Positions 38,386-47,096 of a stretch of DNA of 55,022 bases are shown here, piece after piece. The stretch is from a virus (lineage: Duplodnaviria > Caudoviricetes), in the IMG/VR virus record IMGVR_UViG_3300021335_000020, positions 1 to 55,022 of that record. One strand, written 5' to 3'. The translations under genes and the position numbers were made by a program. How positions within the stretch are numbered: position 1 is the stretch's first letter; each line of letters starts with the position of its first letter. The notes below the pieces were generated by a model that was given only the letters and a program-made list of their open reading frames with translations, did no database searches and was not told the DNA's origin.

Positions 38386-39543
38386 ATGTCAAGATCATTT
38401 ACTATTGCAAAGGGATTATCATCTTCGGACATTGCAGGTACTTTAGATGAAAATGGTATCTCATCTTCTGGTTCTGGTGTTACTGCCTACAGCCATGACT
38501 CTTCTGGTGGATTACTTTCAGAAAGTACTACTGATCATACAGACGGATCACTACATTGGCTAGGTGAGCTTAATGAACTTTATGTTTGGGATAGTGACGC
38601 ATCTAAATATTATTTACTTGAAAATACCAAAACTACTGGTTTAGGAGAAGTGTTATTTACAATGGGTGCCAGTTCATATGCTTATGTGAGTGGAAATGGC
38701 CTCTATTACAATGATACTAACAGTAAACGAACCGACAGGTATACATTATCTTCAAGCTCTAATGCAGCTTATTCAGGAAATCTTCTCGCAAAACGATCAT
38801 ACGCGGCAGGATTATCTTCTACAACTGCTGCATATCTAGTTGGTGGTTACAGACAGCCGACATCATACGACACTGTTGAAAAATTTCCATTTGCGACTGA
38901 AGGTAATACTACTGGTGTTGTAGACATGTCTGATACTCAGGCCGGTCATAAATCAGCATCACTACATACACATACAGCTGGTTATGTGGCTGGGTTCGCG
39001 AACCCAACTAGTGCAGCAATATATAAATTTACTTATGCGTCTGAGTCAGATTCACTAGAGACACAGTCTTTAAGTGGTTCAATGGAAAGAGGAACAGGCG
39101 CATCTTCTGCTGATGCTGGTTATGTTATGGGCGGCTCGCCAACCCCTATTGGTGGTACAAACATTCAAAAGTTTTCATTTTCCTCTGGCGCGGTGTCTAC
39201 ATCAGGACAATTGTTATCGAGTAGATATAGTGGCAGTGGAACTTCATCTTCAACACATGCATATCACGCCGGTGGCAATCCCGGTGACACAAATGTAATA
39301 CAAAAGTTTCCATTTTCTTCAGATGGAAACACATCTGATGTGGGTGATCTAACAACTGGTCGTGCTCCGAAGAATTCCGCAGGAGCACAATCAGCTACAC
39401 ATGGTTATACTTCAGGTGGATATGTATATCCGGGCTCCAGCGGGGGTATAATCGATAGATTTCCATATTCTGCAGATGGTAATGCATCAGATGTAGGTGA
39501 TCTCACCCGCGGAACTTATGGTCATACAAACACTTTTGTTTAA
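38386..39543 (+). CDS. Beta-propeller (Kelch-like) virion protein (385 aa)
   Basis: About six repeats of (A/G)Y..GG...(I/V).(K/R)F.(F/Y)......(D)VG.L. Confidence 0.7.
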   Translation: MSRSFTIAKGLSSSDIAGTLDENGISSSGSGVTAYSHDSSGGLLSESTTDHTDGSLHWLGELNELYVWDSDASKYYLLENTKTTGLGEVLFTMGASSYAYVSGNGLYYNDTNSKRTDRYTLSSSSNAAYSGNLLAKRSYAAGLSSTTAAYLVGGYRQPTSYDTVEKFPFATEGNTTGVVDMSDTQAGHKSASLHTHTAGYVAGFANPTSAAIYKFTYASESDSLETQSLSGSMERGTGASSADAGYVMGGSPTPIGGTNIQKFSFSSGAVSTSGQLLSSRYSGSGTSSSTHAYHAGGNPGDTNVIQKFPFSSDGNTSDVGDLTTGRAPKNSAGAQSATHGYTSGGYVYPGSSGGIIDRFPYSADGNASDVGDLTRGTYGHTNTFV

Positions 39544-39592
39544 ATAGTTATAGGATATATAAATTATATTATTAGTATTATTGAGATTTATA

Positions 39593-40417
39593 ATGAAACA
39601 ATTGCATTTTTGTGGTGGACTTCCCAGAACTGGTTCTACAGTTTTGATGAATATACTTCAACAAAATCCTAATATCTTTACAACTACTACGGATCCGTTT
39701 CCAGAAATCTTAGACTCTAACATTTTACAAAAGTCTAGGACTAAAGAAAAGTTCCAAGCTATGTCTGCTAAACAAGCAGATGAAGCTGTTTATGGAATGG
39801 CAATGGGTGCTACTATAGGTTGGTATGCAGGTCTTACAGAAAAACCCGTTGTTATTTCTAAGTCACGTGAGTGGTCACGGGTTTACCATCTTTTTCCAGA
39901 TTCCAAACATATTGTAATGATTAGAGATCTACGAGATATTGTAGAGAGTTTTGATCGAGTTAACTCAAAGCTAAAGGCTCTTCATACTATTGATAACGAA
40001 GGCAGGAACTATGCCACGATGTGTGAGGACGAAAAATATAATTATCATTTTACAACCTTAAATTCGTTTTCTGATCCTTTACATAACTCACTTCCTCGAT
40101 ATGTTGAAATGTTTAATTCAGAAAATATTAAGTTTGTGCGATATGAAGATTTTCTTAAAGAGCCAGTCTTTATGATTAATCGCGTGTATAAGTTTCTTGG
40201 TATAGATTCATATTTCCACGATCTCGAAAATATTCAACAATCAGAAATGTTCGAACACGACAATGCATACTTTTTTGAGAAAACAAATCATCAAGTTAAA
40301 CAACAAATGGTTCCATGGTCGGAACCTAAGCGAGTATTATCAGATAGCTTTCATGACAGAGTTATAGATAACCACGAATGGTTTTATAGAGCATTTTACC
40401 CAGAGGTTTTATCATGA
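39593..40417 (+). CDS. PAPS-dependent sulfotransferase
   Basis: 5'-PSB loop GLPRTGST, 3'-PB 'IRDLRDIVES', 'VRYEDF...P'; ATG 39593 preferred; near-consensus TATAAATT at 39558-39565. Confidence 0.88.
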   Translation: MKQLHFCGGLPRTGSTVLMNILQQNPNIFTTTTDPFPEILDSNILQKSRTKEKFQAMSAKQADEAVYGMAMGATIGWYAGLTEKPVVISKSREWSRVYHLFPDSKHIVMIRDLRDIVESFDRVNSKLKALHTIDNEGRNYATMCEDEKYNYHFTTLNSFSDPLHNSLPRYVEMFNSENIKFVRYEDFLKEPVFMINRVYKFLGIDSYFHDLENIQQSEMFEHDNAYFFEKTNHQVKQQMVPWSEPKRVLSDSFHDRVIDNHEWFYRAFYPEVLS

Positions 40418-41706
40418 GCGCAGCAGAACACTTTAAACAACAAAAATACATTTATCTTTCAAATGTAGTATCACGTGAAGATTGTAAAGCACTTACGACC
40501 CATATGTATGGTTTGCAAGATGCAGGTAAATTAATAAAAGATCCTCAATGTCCATTATCTGATAGTGTATATGGAGATCCAGTATTTGATACTCTATTGG
40601 AAACTCTAGCAGGTCCTTTATCTAAGCAATTGGGTATTGAGCTTCTACCAGCATATACATATGCTAGGATTTATGCACCAGGTGAAACACTAGTAAAGCA
40701 CAAAGACAGACCATCATGCGAGATCTCAGGTACAATGACTCTCGGATTCGATCCTGGTTCTGGTATCTGGCCAATCTACTTTGGTAAAGACGATGATGAT
40801 ATTGTGGGTACACCAATTGATATTAATATCGGTGATCTTGTTATGTACCACGGTAATGAGTTAAATCATTGGAGACCGGAATACAAAGGTAAATGGCAAG
40901 TACAGGTATTCTTACATTACGTAGATGCAAATGGTCCACATGCAGATCACGCTTATGACGGTCGTTTAAAACTTGGTGTAGATAAAAATGAATCCACACT
41001 ACGTAAGTTTGAAAGTAAACCCGAAAAAGTAGAACAACCTAAAGAGCAAGTTGCCACTGTTAAACCAGAGATGACATCATCAGTTATTAATGATGGTGTT
41101 ATGATTCGTACATGCGACGACATTTTTCCTGGTGCTGCAACATATCATAGCGGCTTTAAGCCTGAACATACGTTTAGTCAGGCTGAATGTCAAAAGATTT
41201 TAGATCAAAATAAAAAGCTATATCCAGTAAAGTCAACTGTAGGTACAGGTGAAGGCGGTGGAACCTATGATCCTAAAGTTAGATCTGTTGACACTTACCA
41301 TATTGAGCTAACAGACGAAACACAGTGGATCTTTGACAAGATTGCTGTAGCTGTAGGTGTTGCAAACTCTGAATATTATAAGTTTGATCTACTGGGTATT
41401 ACTCATTCTTTACAGCTCTTGCATTATAAAGCAACAGAGAATGGTCACTATGATTGGCACATTGATTGTGGCGAAGGTAATGCTGCAACAAGAAAGATTT
41501 CTCTATCAATCCCGCTTACAGAACGCGATGTATACGAGGGTGGAAATTTAGAGATTAATAATAATGGAAATGAAATGAAAGCTGTTGACGAACAAGGTTC
41601 TATTACCTTCTTCCCTAGCTATTTACTACATCGCGTTTCTCCGGTAACTAAAGGAGAAAGATGGGTTATTGTCGTTTGGGTACATGGCCCAAATCGTTTT
41701 AAATAG
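40414..41706 (+). CDS. Tandem two-domain 2OG-Fe(II) oxygenase
   Basis: Domain 1: HKD...HWR...QVFLHY. Domain 2 (P4Hc/PKHD-like): WHID...RKISL...LHRVSPVTKGER. Confidence 0.88.
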   Translation: MSAAEHFKQQKYIYLSNVVSREDCKALTTHMYGLQDAGKLIKDPQCPLSDSVYGDPVFDTLLETLAGPLSKQLGIELLPAYTYARIYAPGETLVKHKDRPSCEISGTMTLGFDPGSGIWPIYFGKDDDDIVGTPIDINIGDLVMYHGNELNHWRPEYKGKWQVQVFLHYVDANGPHADHAYDGRLKLGVDKNESTLRKFESKPEKVEQPKEQVATVKPEMTSSVINDGVMIRTCDDIFPGAATYHSGFKPEHTFSQAECQKILDQNKKLYPVKSTVGTGEGGGTYDPKVRSVDTYHIELTDETQWIFDKIAVAVGVANSEYYKFDLLGITHSLQLLHYKATENGHYDWHIDCGEGNAATRKISLSIPLTERDVYEGGNLEINNNGNEMKAVDEQGSITFFPSYLLHRVSPVTKGERWVIVVWVHGPNRFK

Positions 41707-41713
41707 TTTTTTG

Positions 41714-41721
41714 TATAAATA
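41714..41721 (+). promoter_or_regulatory. Late promoter
   Basis: Intergenic TATAAATA followed by AGGAG and ATG 41739. Confidence 0.85.
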
Positions 41722-41738
41722 TAGACATAGGAGATATT

Positions 41739-42692
41739 ATGTCGAAGAAAAGTGAAGATAAAGCAGTTAAAGAAAAGTCAACTGAAGTTGCAGTATTTGA
41801 ACAGCTTCGTACTGATTTAGATATTACTCGCGATATTAGTGGCTTTAGTGTATCGATGAATGATGTCTTTGGTAAGGGATCGTTAGCTAGTAAAGAAAGT
41901 TTTGGAGGGTTAACCTTTAAGGAAAATTCTGAGAAAGTCGATTTGGCTATTCAGAATACCAATGAATTACAATCTATTTGGAATCATAGTCATACACAAT
42001 GGATGTGGAGACATTTGAATTTAAGTTGGTTGTCGCCTATGAAAAATATGAGGCAAATCTCAGCTGAGATCTCTCGTAAGAAAGGCGCACTTAATGAAGC
42101 CAAATGGAAACATGTACAGAATGAAATTAAGATTAAGAAGATTGAAGAAGAGTTATCAAAACCTGAACTTTTAGAATATTGGAGAGAAGTAGATCTAAAA
42201 GTAAAGCTGGCTCAACTTCAAGAAGGACTCGCAGAGAGTTCAACGGCTATTGAAGGTGCTATGAAGGATCTCTTGGCGCTTAATGAATTATATGAACAGT
42301 TAAAAGAAAAGGTTTCTGACTTTAGTGAAGAGGATGTCGAAGCAGAAGAAACGCAGTCACATATGAAGAGAAGTATTGTGCAGTGTATTCGTGATATTAG
42401 ACAAAGCGGTTCTATTACTAAAGGAGAGCAAGAGTATCTTGAGCAGATTGGCATCAATCCAACAAAGATGCAGAATGTATTGAGAAATTATGTAAAGAGC
42501 GAAGCTGAACAAGATTCGTGGGATGTTTCAGGTCTTTATACTTTTGTTGATGATATCGTAGAAGAGCTTGCTAATCGACATAAAGTTGATGAAGTAAGAA
42601 TGGATCTTCAGGGATTTAAAAATGAGTATATTGGTTCAATTACGATGGACAAAAAAGTAGCGCTACTAGGTAATTCAACAGGAGAAGAATAA
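41739..42692 (+). CDS. Hypothetical coiled-coil protein (317 aa)
   Basis: Long E/K/L-rich helical ORF with a good ribosome-binding site. Confidence 0.75.
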   Translation: MSKKSEDKAVKEKSTEVAVFEQLRTDLDITRDISGFSVSMNDVFGKGSLASKESFGGLTFKENSEKVDLAIQNTNELQSIWNHSHTQWMWRHLNLSWLSPMKNMRQISAEISRKKGALNEAKWKHVQNEIKIKKIEEELSKPELLEYWREVDLKVKLAQLQEGLAESSTAIEGAMKDLLALNELYEQLKEKVSDFSEEDVEAEETQSHMKRSIVQCIRDIRQSGSITKGEQEYLEQIGINPTKMQNVLRNYVKSEAEQDSWDVSGLYTFVDDIVEELANRHKVDEVRMDLQGFKNEYIGSITMDKKVALLGNSTGEE

Positions 42693-43024
42693 TGCCAGTA
42701 ATCGAATATAAGTTTCAGATTTCTGAAACAGGAAGAAATGTAATCCCAGGCTATGTCGAAGATCGTGGCCATTTTTATAATCCAGCAGACTTTACATATG
42801 TGGGTTGGGTAAAAGCTGAAGCAGATCGTGAGTATTGGGTTCCAGATACAATTGAAGAACTCACGAAAGCTGAAATGGTAACACGTGTACTCGGTATGCA
42901 TGCGGCTAATCCAATGAAAGCTATGGGTGATGACGGCGAGATGTCAGAGGACGACATGACAAATGATCAAGTTACAGCTATGGTTGAAGCTTGGTATGAT
43001 GCATTCGTAACGGCTAATAGCTAA
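42692..43024 (+). CDS. Hypothetical protein (110 aa)
   Basis: TAATG coupling; AGGAG ribosome-binding site. Confidence 0.7.
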   Translation: MPVIEYKFQISETGRNVIPGYVEDRGHFYNPADFTYVGWVKAEADREYWVPDTIEELTKAEMVTRVLGMHAANPMKAMGDDGEMSEDDMTNDQVTAMVEAWYDAFVTANS

Positions 43025-43155
43025 TGGAAGAAATGATTGCGAGCAAGCTAGAGGAAATGGAACACCATGAGCTTGCTGATATTATGAGAAAGTTAATGAT
43101 GGAAGACCAAGAGGCCTTTGAAACTCTAAAGGAAATCATTGAAGATCATATTTAG
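43024..43155 (+). CDS. Small acidic hypothetical protein (43 aa; not in the ORF track)
   Basis: MEEMIASKLEEMEHHELADIMRKLMMEDQEAFETLKEIIEDHI*, TAATG-coupled and filling the gap up to gp67. Confidence 0.6.
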   Translation: MEEMIASKLEEMEHHELADIMRKLMMEDQEAFETLKEIIEDHI

Positions 43156-43167
43156 AAAGAAAAAATT

Positions 43168-43482
43168 ATGAGTGAACTTACAAAAGACTTAATTCAGAAT
43201 GCTCTTGATCAAGACTTTAATAAAGCTAATCAAGTATTTGACACTATGATGAATGACAAAATGGCTGATCTATTAGATCAAGCTAAAGTTGCTATAGCGG
43301 GGCAAATGTTCAATGGAGAAGAACCAGAAGACGAACAACTCGATCTCGACTTTGAGTCAGACGATGATGGCGGAACTGATGAAGAAGCCGATGCCGAGGC
43401 TGGTGAGGAGTATGCAGCTGACGATGAGACAGAGGTCAGCGATGAGACGGAAGAAGAATATGAAGAAGATGCTGCCAGCTAA
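43168..43482 (+). CDS. gp67: Prohead core protein (gp67-like)
   Basis: Small, with a helical N-terminus and very acidic tail; located upstream of gp21. Confidence 0.65.
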   Translation: MSELTKDLIQNALDQDFNKANQVFDTMMNDKMADLLDQAKVAIAGQMFNGEEPEDEQLDLDFESDDDGGTDEEADAEAGEEYAADDETEVSDETEEEYEEDAAS

Positions 43483-43511
43483 ATATTAATATGAGTAGAA
43501 AATAATAAAAT

Positions 43512-43519
43512 TATAAATA
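43512..43519 (+). promoter_or_regulatory. Late promoter
   Basis: Intergenic TATAAATA. Confidence 0.85.
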
Positions 43520-43535
43520 ATAGCAAAGAAGAGTA

Positions 43536-43748
43536 ATGAAAACTTTTTTAGAAATAAGAGAAGCAATGCGCAAAGACATGCCACCAGGTGAGCATGTATT
43601 CGATACAAAAATTAAAGGTATTGAAGTAATGGTGCATAAAGAAAAAGGTAAGTTTACTACCTATGTAGATAGGGAAAAACTTGACACTTATCCTAATCTC
43701 AATATTGCTAAAAAAGCTGGTATTGAATACGTTAAACAGGTAAAGTAA
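43536..43748 (+). CDS. Small protein at the gp68 position (70 aa)
   Basis: Directly before gp21; N-terminus MKTFLEIRE resembles T4-like head-targeting leaders. Confidence 0.55.
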   Translation: MKTFLEIREAMRKDMPPGEHVFDTKIKGIEVMVHKEKGKFTTYVDREKLDTYPNLNIAKKAGIEYVKQVK

Positions 43749-43749
43749 A

Positions 43750-44406
43750 ATGAAACTGATTGCAGAATATACCGAAGATAATTTAGAAATTCTTACCGAA
43801 GAAAAAAATGGTAAGAAGTCATACGCTATTGAAGGTATCTTTATGCAAGCAGAAACAAAGAATCGTAACGGTCGGATATATCCGCGCGATGTGATGGAAG
43901 CTGCAGTTGATAAGTACAACACAGAACAAGTCATCAAAGGTCGTGCTGTTGGTGAATTGAATCACCCTGAAGGACCGACTGTTAATTTAGACAAAGTTTC
44001 TCACAAGATTGAATCCCTCGATTGGAGAGGGAATGATGTTGTGGGTAAAGCACGCATTTTGAATACTCCTATGGGTGAGATTGTAAAAGGTCTTCTCGAC
44101 GGCGGGGTCAATCTGGGTGTTTCGACTCGTGGTATGGGAAGTTTGCAGCAAAGTGGGGGAGCGATGGTTGTAAAATCAGATTTTCTCCTCAACGCCGTTG
44201 ATATCGTACAAGATCCGTCTGCACCAAGCGCTTTCGTTAATGGAATTATGGAAGGTGTAGAGTGGGTTTGGAACAATGGCATAATCGAAGCTCAAGCAAT
44301 TGAAAAAATGGAGACTGAAATTATCAAAGCTCCACGTGCTGATCTCTATGAGACTCAGGTTCGTGAGTTTAAGAATTTCCTCTCGTTGGTCAAATCTAAA
44401 GTATAA
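43750..44406 (+). CDS. gp21: Prohead protease gp21
   Basis: 'NRNGRIYP', 'GELNHP', 'GVSTRGMGS', 'DIVQDPSAP.AFV'. Confidence 0.96.
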   Translation: MKLIAEYTEDNLEILTEEKNGKKSYAIEGIFMQAETKNRNGRIYPRDVMEAAVDKYNTEQVIKGRAVGELNHPEGPTVNLDKVSHKIESLDWRGNDVVGKARILNTPMGEIVKGLLDGGVNLGVSTRGMGSLQQSGGAMVVKSDFLLNAVDIVQDPSAPSAFVNGIMEGVEWVWNNGIIEAQAIEKMETEIIKAPRADLYETQVREFKNFLSLVKSKV

Positions 44407-44418
44407 GGAGTCAATAAA

Positions 44419-45480
44419 ATGACTGAAATCAATCAGGAAGTTGAACTCCACGATGATGACAACGAAGTCGTGGAAGAAGCTCACGATCCCAAAAATGCTG
44501 AAGCACAGTCTATCGCTTCTGTTGATAAAGCAGAAGATGCCGGTAAGACTGCTCCAAAGCGTAAAGGTGATCAAACAAAACAAGATCCAATGCCTAAAAT
44601 GCCAGGTACAAAAGCTGGTATGATTAATGCAATGTATCAAAGCATGAATAAAATGGATAAAAAATCTTTACAAGCAATGTATTCTAAAAGTATGGAAAGT
44701 GTTGCCTATGAAGATGGAGATTCTATTTTAGAAAACGAAGAAGCTGATTTTAATTACGAAGCTGACTTCAGTGCAGATCTTAATGCATTAGTTAACGAAG
44801 AAGCTACTCTTTCAGAGGACTTCAAAGCTAAGGCAGAGGTAATCTTCGAAGCAGCTATTAAGTCAAAGCTGGCTGAAGAGATTGATCGTCTTGAAGAAAA
44901 GTACAACGAAGAACTCGATGCAGAAGTAACTGCTACTAAAGAGGACCTCGTAGAGAAAGTAGACAGCTATCTAAACTACGTAGTTGAAAACTGGATGGAA
45001 GACAATAAGTTAGCAATTCAAACTGGTCTCCGTACGGAAATCGCTGAAGGCTTTATGAACAATCTGAAAGATCTGTTCACAGAGTCATACATCGAAGTTC
45101 CTGAGTCCAAGGTTGATCTTGTTGACGAACTCGCTGAAACAGTTGAAGAACTTGAGGAAAAACTCAACAGCACAACTGGTAACGCAATTGCAATGGCAGA
45201 AGAGTTAGAGTCTTATAAGCGTGATGCAATTATTGCTGAGCACTCAAAAGATCTTGCAGACACTCAAGTTGCAAAACTTAAGTCTTTAGTAGAAGACGTA
45301 GACTTTGATGACGAAGAGACTTTCGCTAAGAAAGTAGCTACTGTTAAAGAATCATACTTTACTAAAGAGTCAGTAAACGTTGAGACAGCTGATATTGATA
45401 CAGATGAAAGCGATGATATCGTAGAATCTTCTGGTTCAATGGCACAGTATATCTCTGCTTTAAAAGCAACACAATCGTAA
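44419..45480 (+). CDS. gp22: Prohead core scaffolding protein gp22
   Basis: 'LSEDFK.KA..IFEAA', 'VDSYLNYVVENWM..N'; acidic coiled coil. Confidence 0.93.
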   Translation: MTEINQEVELHDDDNEVVEEAHDPKNAEAQSIASVDKAEDAGKTAPKRKGDQTKQDPMPKMPGTKAGMINAMYQSMNKMDKKSLQAMYSKSMESVAYEDGDSILENEEADFNYEADFSADLNALVNEEATLSEDFKAKAEVIFEAAIKSKLAEEIDRLEEKYNEELDAEVTATKEDLVEKVDSYLNYVVENWMEDNKLAIQTGLRTEIAEGFMNNLKDLFTESYIEVPESKVDLVDELAETVEELEEKLNSTTGNAIAMAEELESYKRDAIIAEHSKDLADTQVAKLKSLVEDVDFDDEETFAKKVATVKESYFTKESVNVETADIDTDESDDIVESSGSMAQYISALKATQS

Positions 45481-45494
45481 TTTAGGAGTCCAAA

Positions 45495-46835
45495 ATGCAA
45501 TCTTACGATAAGTTAATGGAAAAATGGGCCCCAGTACTCAACGAAGAGTCTGCCGGCGCTATCCAAGATAATCACAGAAAAGCAGTAACAGCTGCAATTC
45601 TGGAAAACCAAGAAATTGCTCTTCGTGAAGAGCAAACAATGAACGAAGCTGCACCATCAATGAACACAGGTTCTGGTGTTGCTAACTGGAATCCAGTCTT
45701 AATTGCTCTCGTACGTCGTGCAATGCCAAATCTTATGGCATATGACATCTGCGGTGTGCAGCCAATGTCTGGTCCAACAGGCTTAATCTTTGCGATGAAG
45801 TCTAAGTATCGTACAACTAAAGCTGGTGTTTCTGATGGTGCTGAAGCACTGTTTGACGAAGCAGCCGTTGGTTTCTCCGGCGATTCAGCAACAACTGGTA
45901 ATGGTGCAGCTGGTCCGTCAGGTCTCTCTGGTATCGATCCTTTAGCAGGTGACGTAACTGGTGACTCATCACTCGATTCTGAGCGTTCAGGACCTTATGC
46001 AGGTGATGCATATACAACTGCAGAAGCTGAAGCTCTTGGTGATAATACCGAGTCTTTCGCAGAAATGGGTTTCACCATTGAAAAAGCTACAGTCACTGCT
46101 AAGTCACGTGCACTGAAAGCTGAATATTCGCTGGAACTGGCACAGGATCTTAAAGCTATTCATGGCTTAGATGCTGAAACAGAGCTGGCTAATATTCTTT
46201 CAACAGAAATCATGGCTGAAATCAACCGTGAAGTTGTTCGTACAATTAACGCACAAGCTAAGACTGGTGCATTAACATCTAACACAGCTATTAACGGTAT
46301 CTTCGACGTACAGACAGATGCAGATGGTCGTTGGTCAGTTGAGAAGTTCAAGGGTCTGATTCTTCAGATCGAGCGTGAGTGTAATACAATTGCTAAAGAG
46401 ACACGTAGAGGTAAAGGTAACTTTATGGTCTGCTCGTCTGACGTAGCTTCTGCACTTTCAGCAGCTGGTATGCTGGATTATACACCAGCACTTTCTACAA
46501 ACCTTAACGTTGATGACACAGGCAATACATTTGCTGGTGTTCTTAACGGTCGCACACGCGTCTACGTCGATCCGTATGCAACAGCTAACTATGTAAACGT
46601 TGGTTATAAAGGTACTAACCCATACGATGCTGGCCTCTTCTATTGCCCATACGTTCCATTAACAATGGTACGTGCAGTCGGTGAAGAGACATTCCAGCCA
46701 AAGATTGGCTTTAAGACTCGCTACGGCATGGTCTCAAATCCATTTGTTGGTGCAACACCTGCGAACGGTCTTGCTGCAGCAAAATCAAATCAATACTACA
46801 GAATTTTCCGCGTCGACAATATCCTCGGCGCTTAA
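45495..46835 (+). CDS. gp23: Major capsid protein gp23
   Basis: 'GVQPMSGPTGLIFAM', 'AKSRALKAEYSLELAQDLKAIHGLDAE', 'FQPKIGFKTRYG'. Confidence 0.98.
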   Translation: MQSYDKLMEKWAPVLNEESAGAIQDNHRKAVTAAILENQEIALREEQTMNEAAPSMNTGSGVANWNPVLIALVRRAMPNLMAYDICGVQPMSGPTGLIFAMKSKYRTTKAGVSDGAEALFDEAAVGFSGDSATTGNGAAGPSGLSGIDPLAGDVTGDSSLDSERSGPYAGDAYTTAEAEALGDNTESFAEMGFTIEKATVTAKSRALKAEYSLELAQDLKAIHGLDAETELANILSTEIMAEINREVVRTINAQAKTGALTSNTAINGIFDVQTDADGRWSVEKFKGLILQIERECNTIAKETRRGKGNFMVCSSDVASALSAAGMLDYTPALSTNLNVDDTGNTFAGVLNGRTRVYVDPYATANYVNVGYKGTNPYDAGLFYCPYVPLTMVRAVGEETFQPKIGFKTRYGMVSNPFVGATPANGLAAAKSNQYYRIFRVDNILGA

Positions 46836-46854
46836 TTCTAAAAATAATAAACTT

Positions 46855-46881
46855 AAGAGCAGCTTCGGCTGCTCTTTTTTT
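46855..46881 (+). terminator. Rho-independent terminator after gp23
   Basis: AAGAGCAGC-TTCG-GCTGCTCTT followed by TTTTT; cUUCGg tetraloop. Confidence 0.92.
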
Positions 46882-46893
46882 ACGTAAAACTTA

Positions 46894-46901
46894 TATAAAT
46901 A
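46894..46901 (+). promoter_or_regulatory. Late promoter
   Basis: TATAAATA just after the terminator. Confidence 0.8.
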
Positions 46902-46906
46902 GATGT

Positions 46907-47095
46907 ATGGAAATACTTTGGCATATATTATTAACAGTATGTTTAGGATCGACGTGTATTGATCAAGATGTTCAATGGTTTGAAACCGAAGAGCAGTGTA
47001 AAAGCATGCTCATAACATATGGACAATTGCCTCCAGACGGAGATTGGGATGTTGTTGAATACATTTGTAAACCCGTAGGAAGCACAGGAACATAA
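46907..47095 (+). CDS. Small Cys-containing protein with hydrophobic N-terminus (62 aa)
   Basis: Four Cys, hydrophobic first 14 aa; fills the gap between gp23 and gp3. Confidence 0.6.
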   Translation: MEILWHILLTVCLGSTCIDQDVQWFETEEQCKSMLITYGQLPPDGDWDVVEYICKPVGSTGT

Positions 47096-47096
47096 T

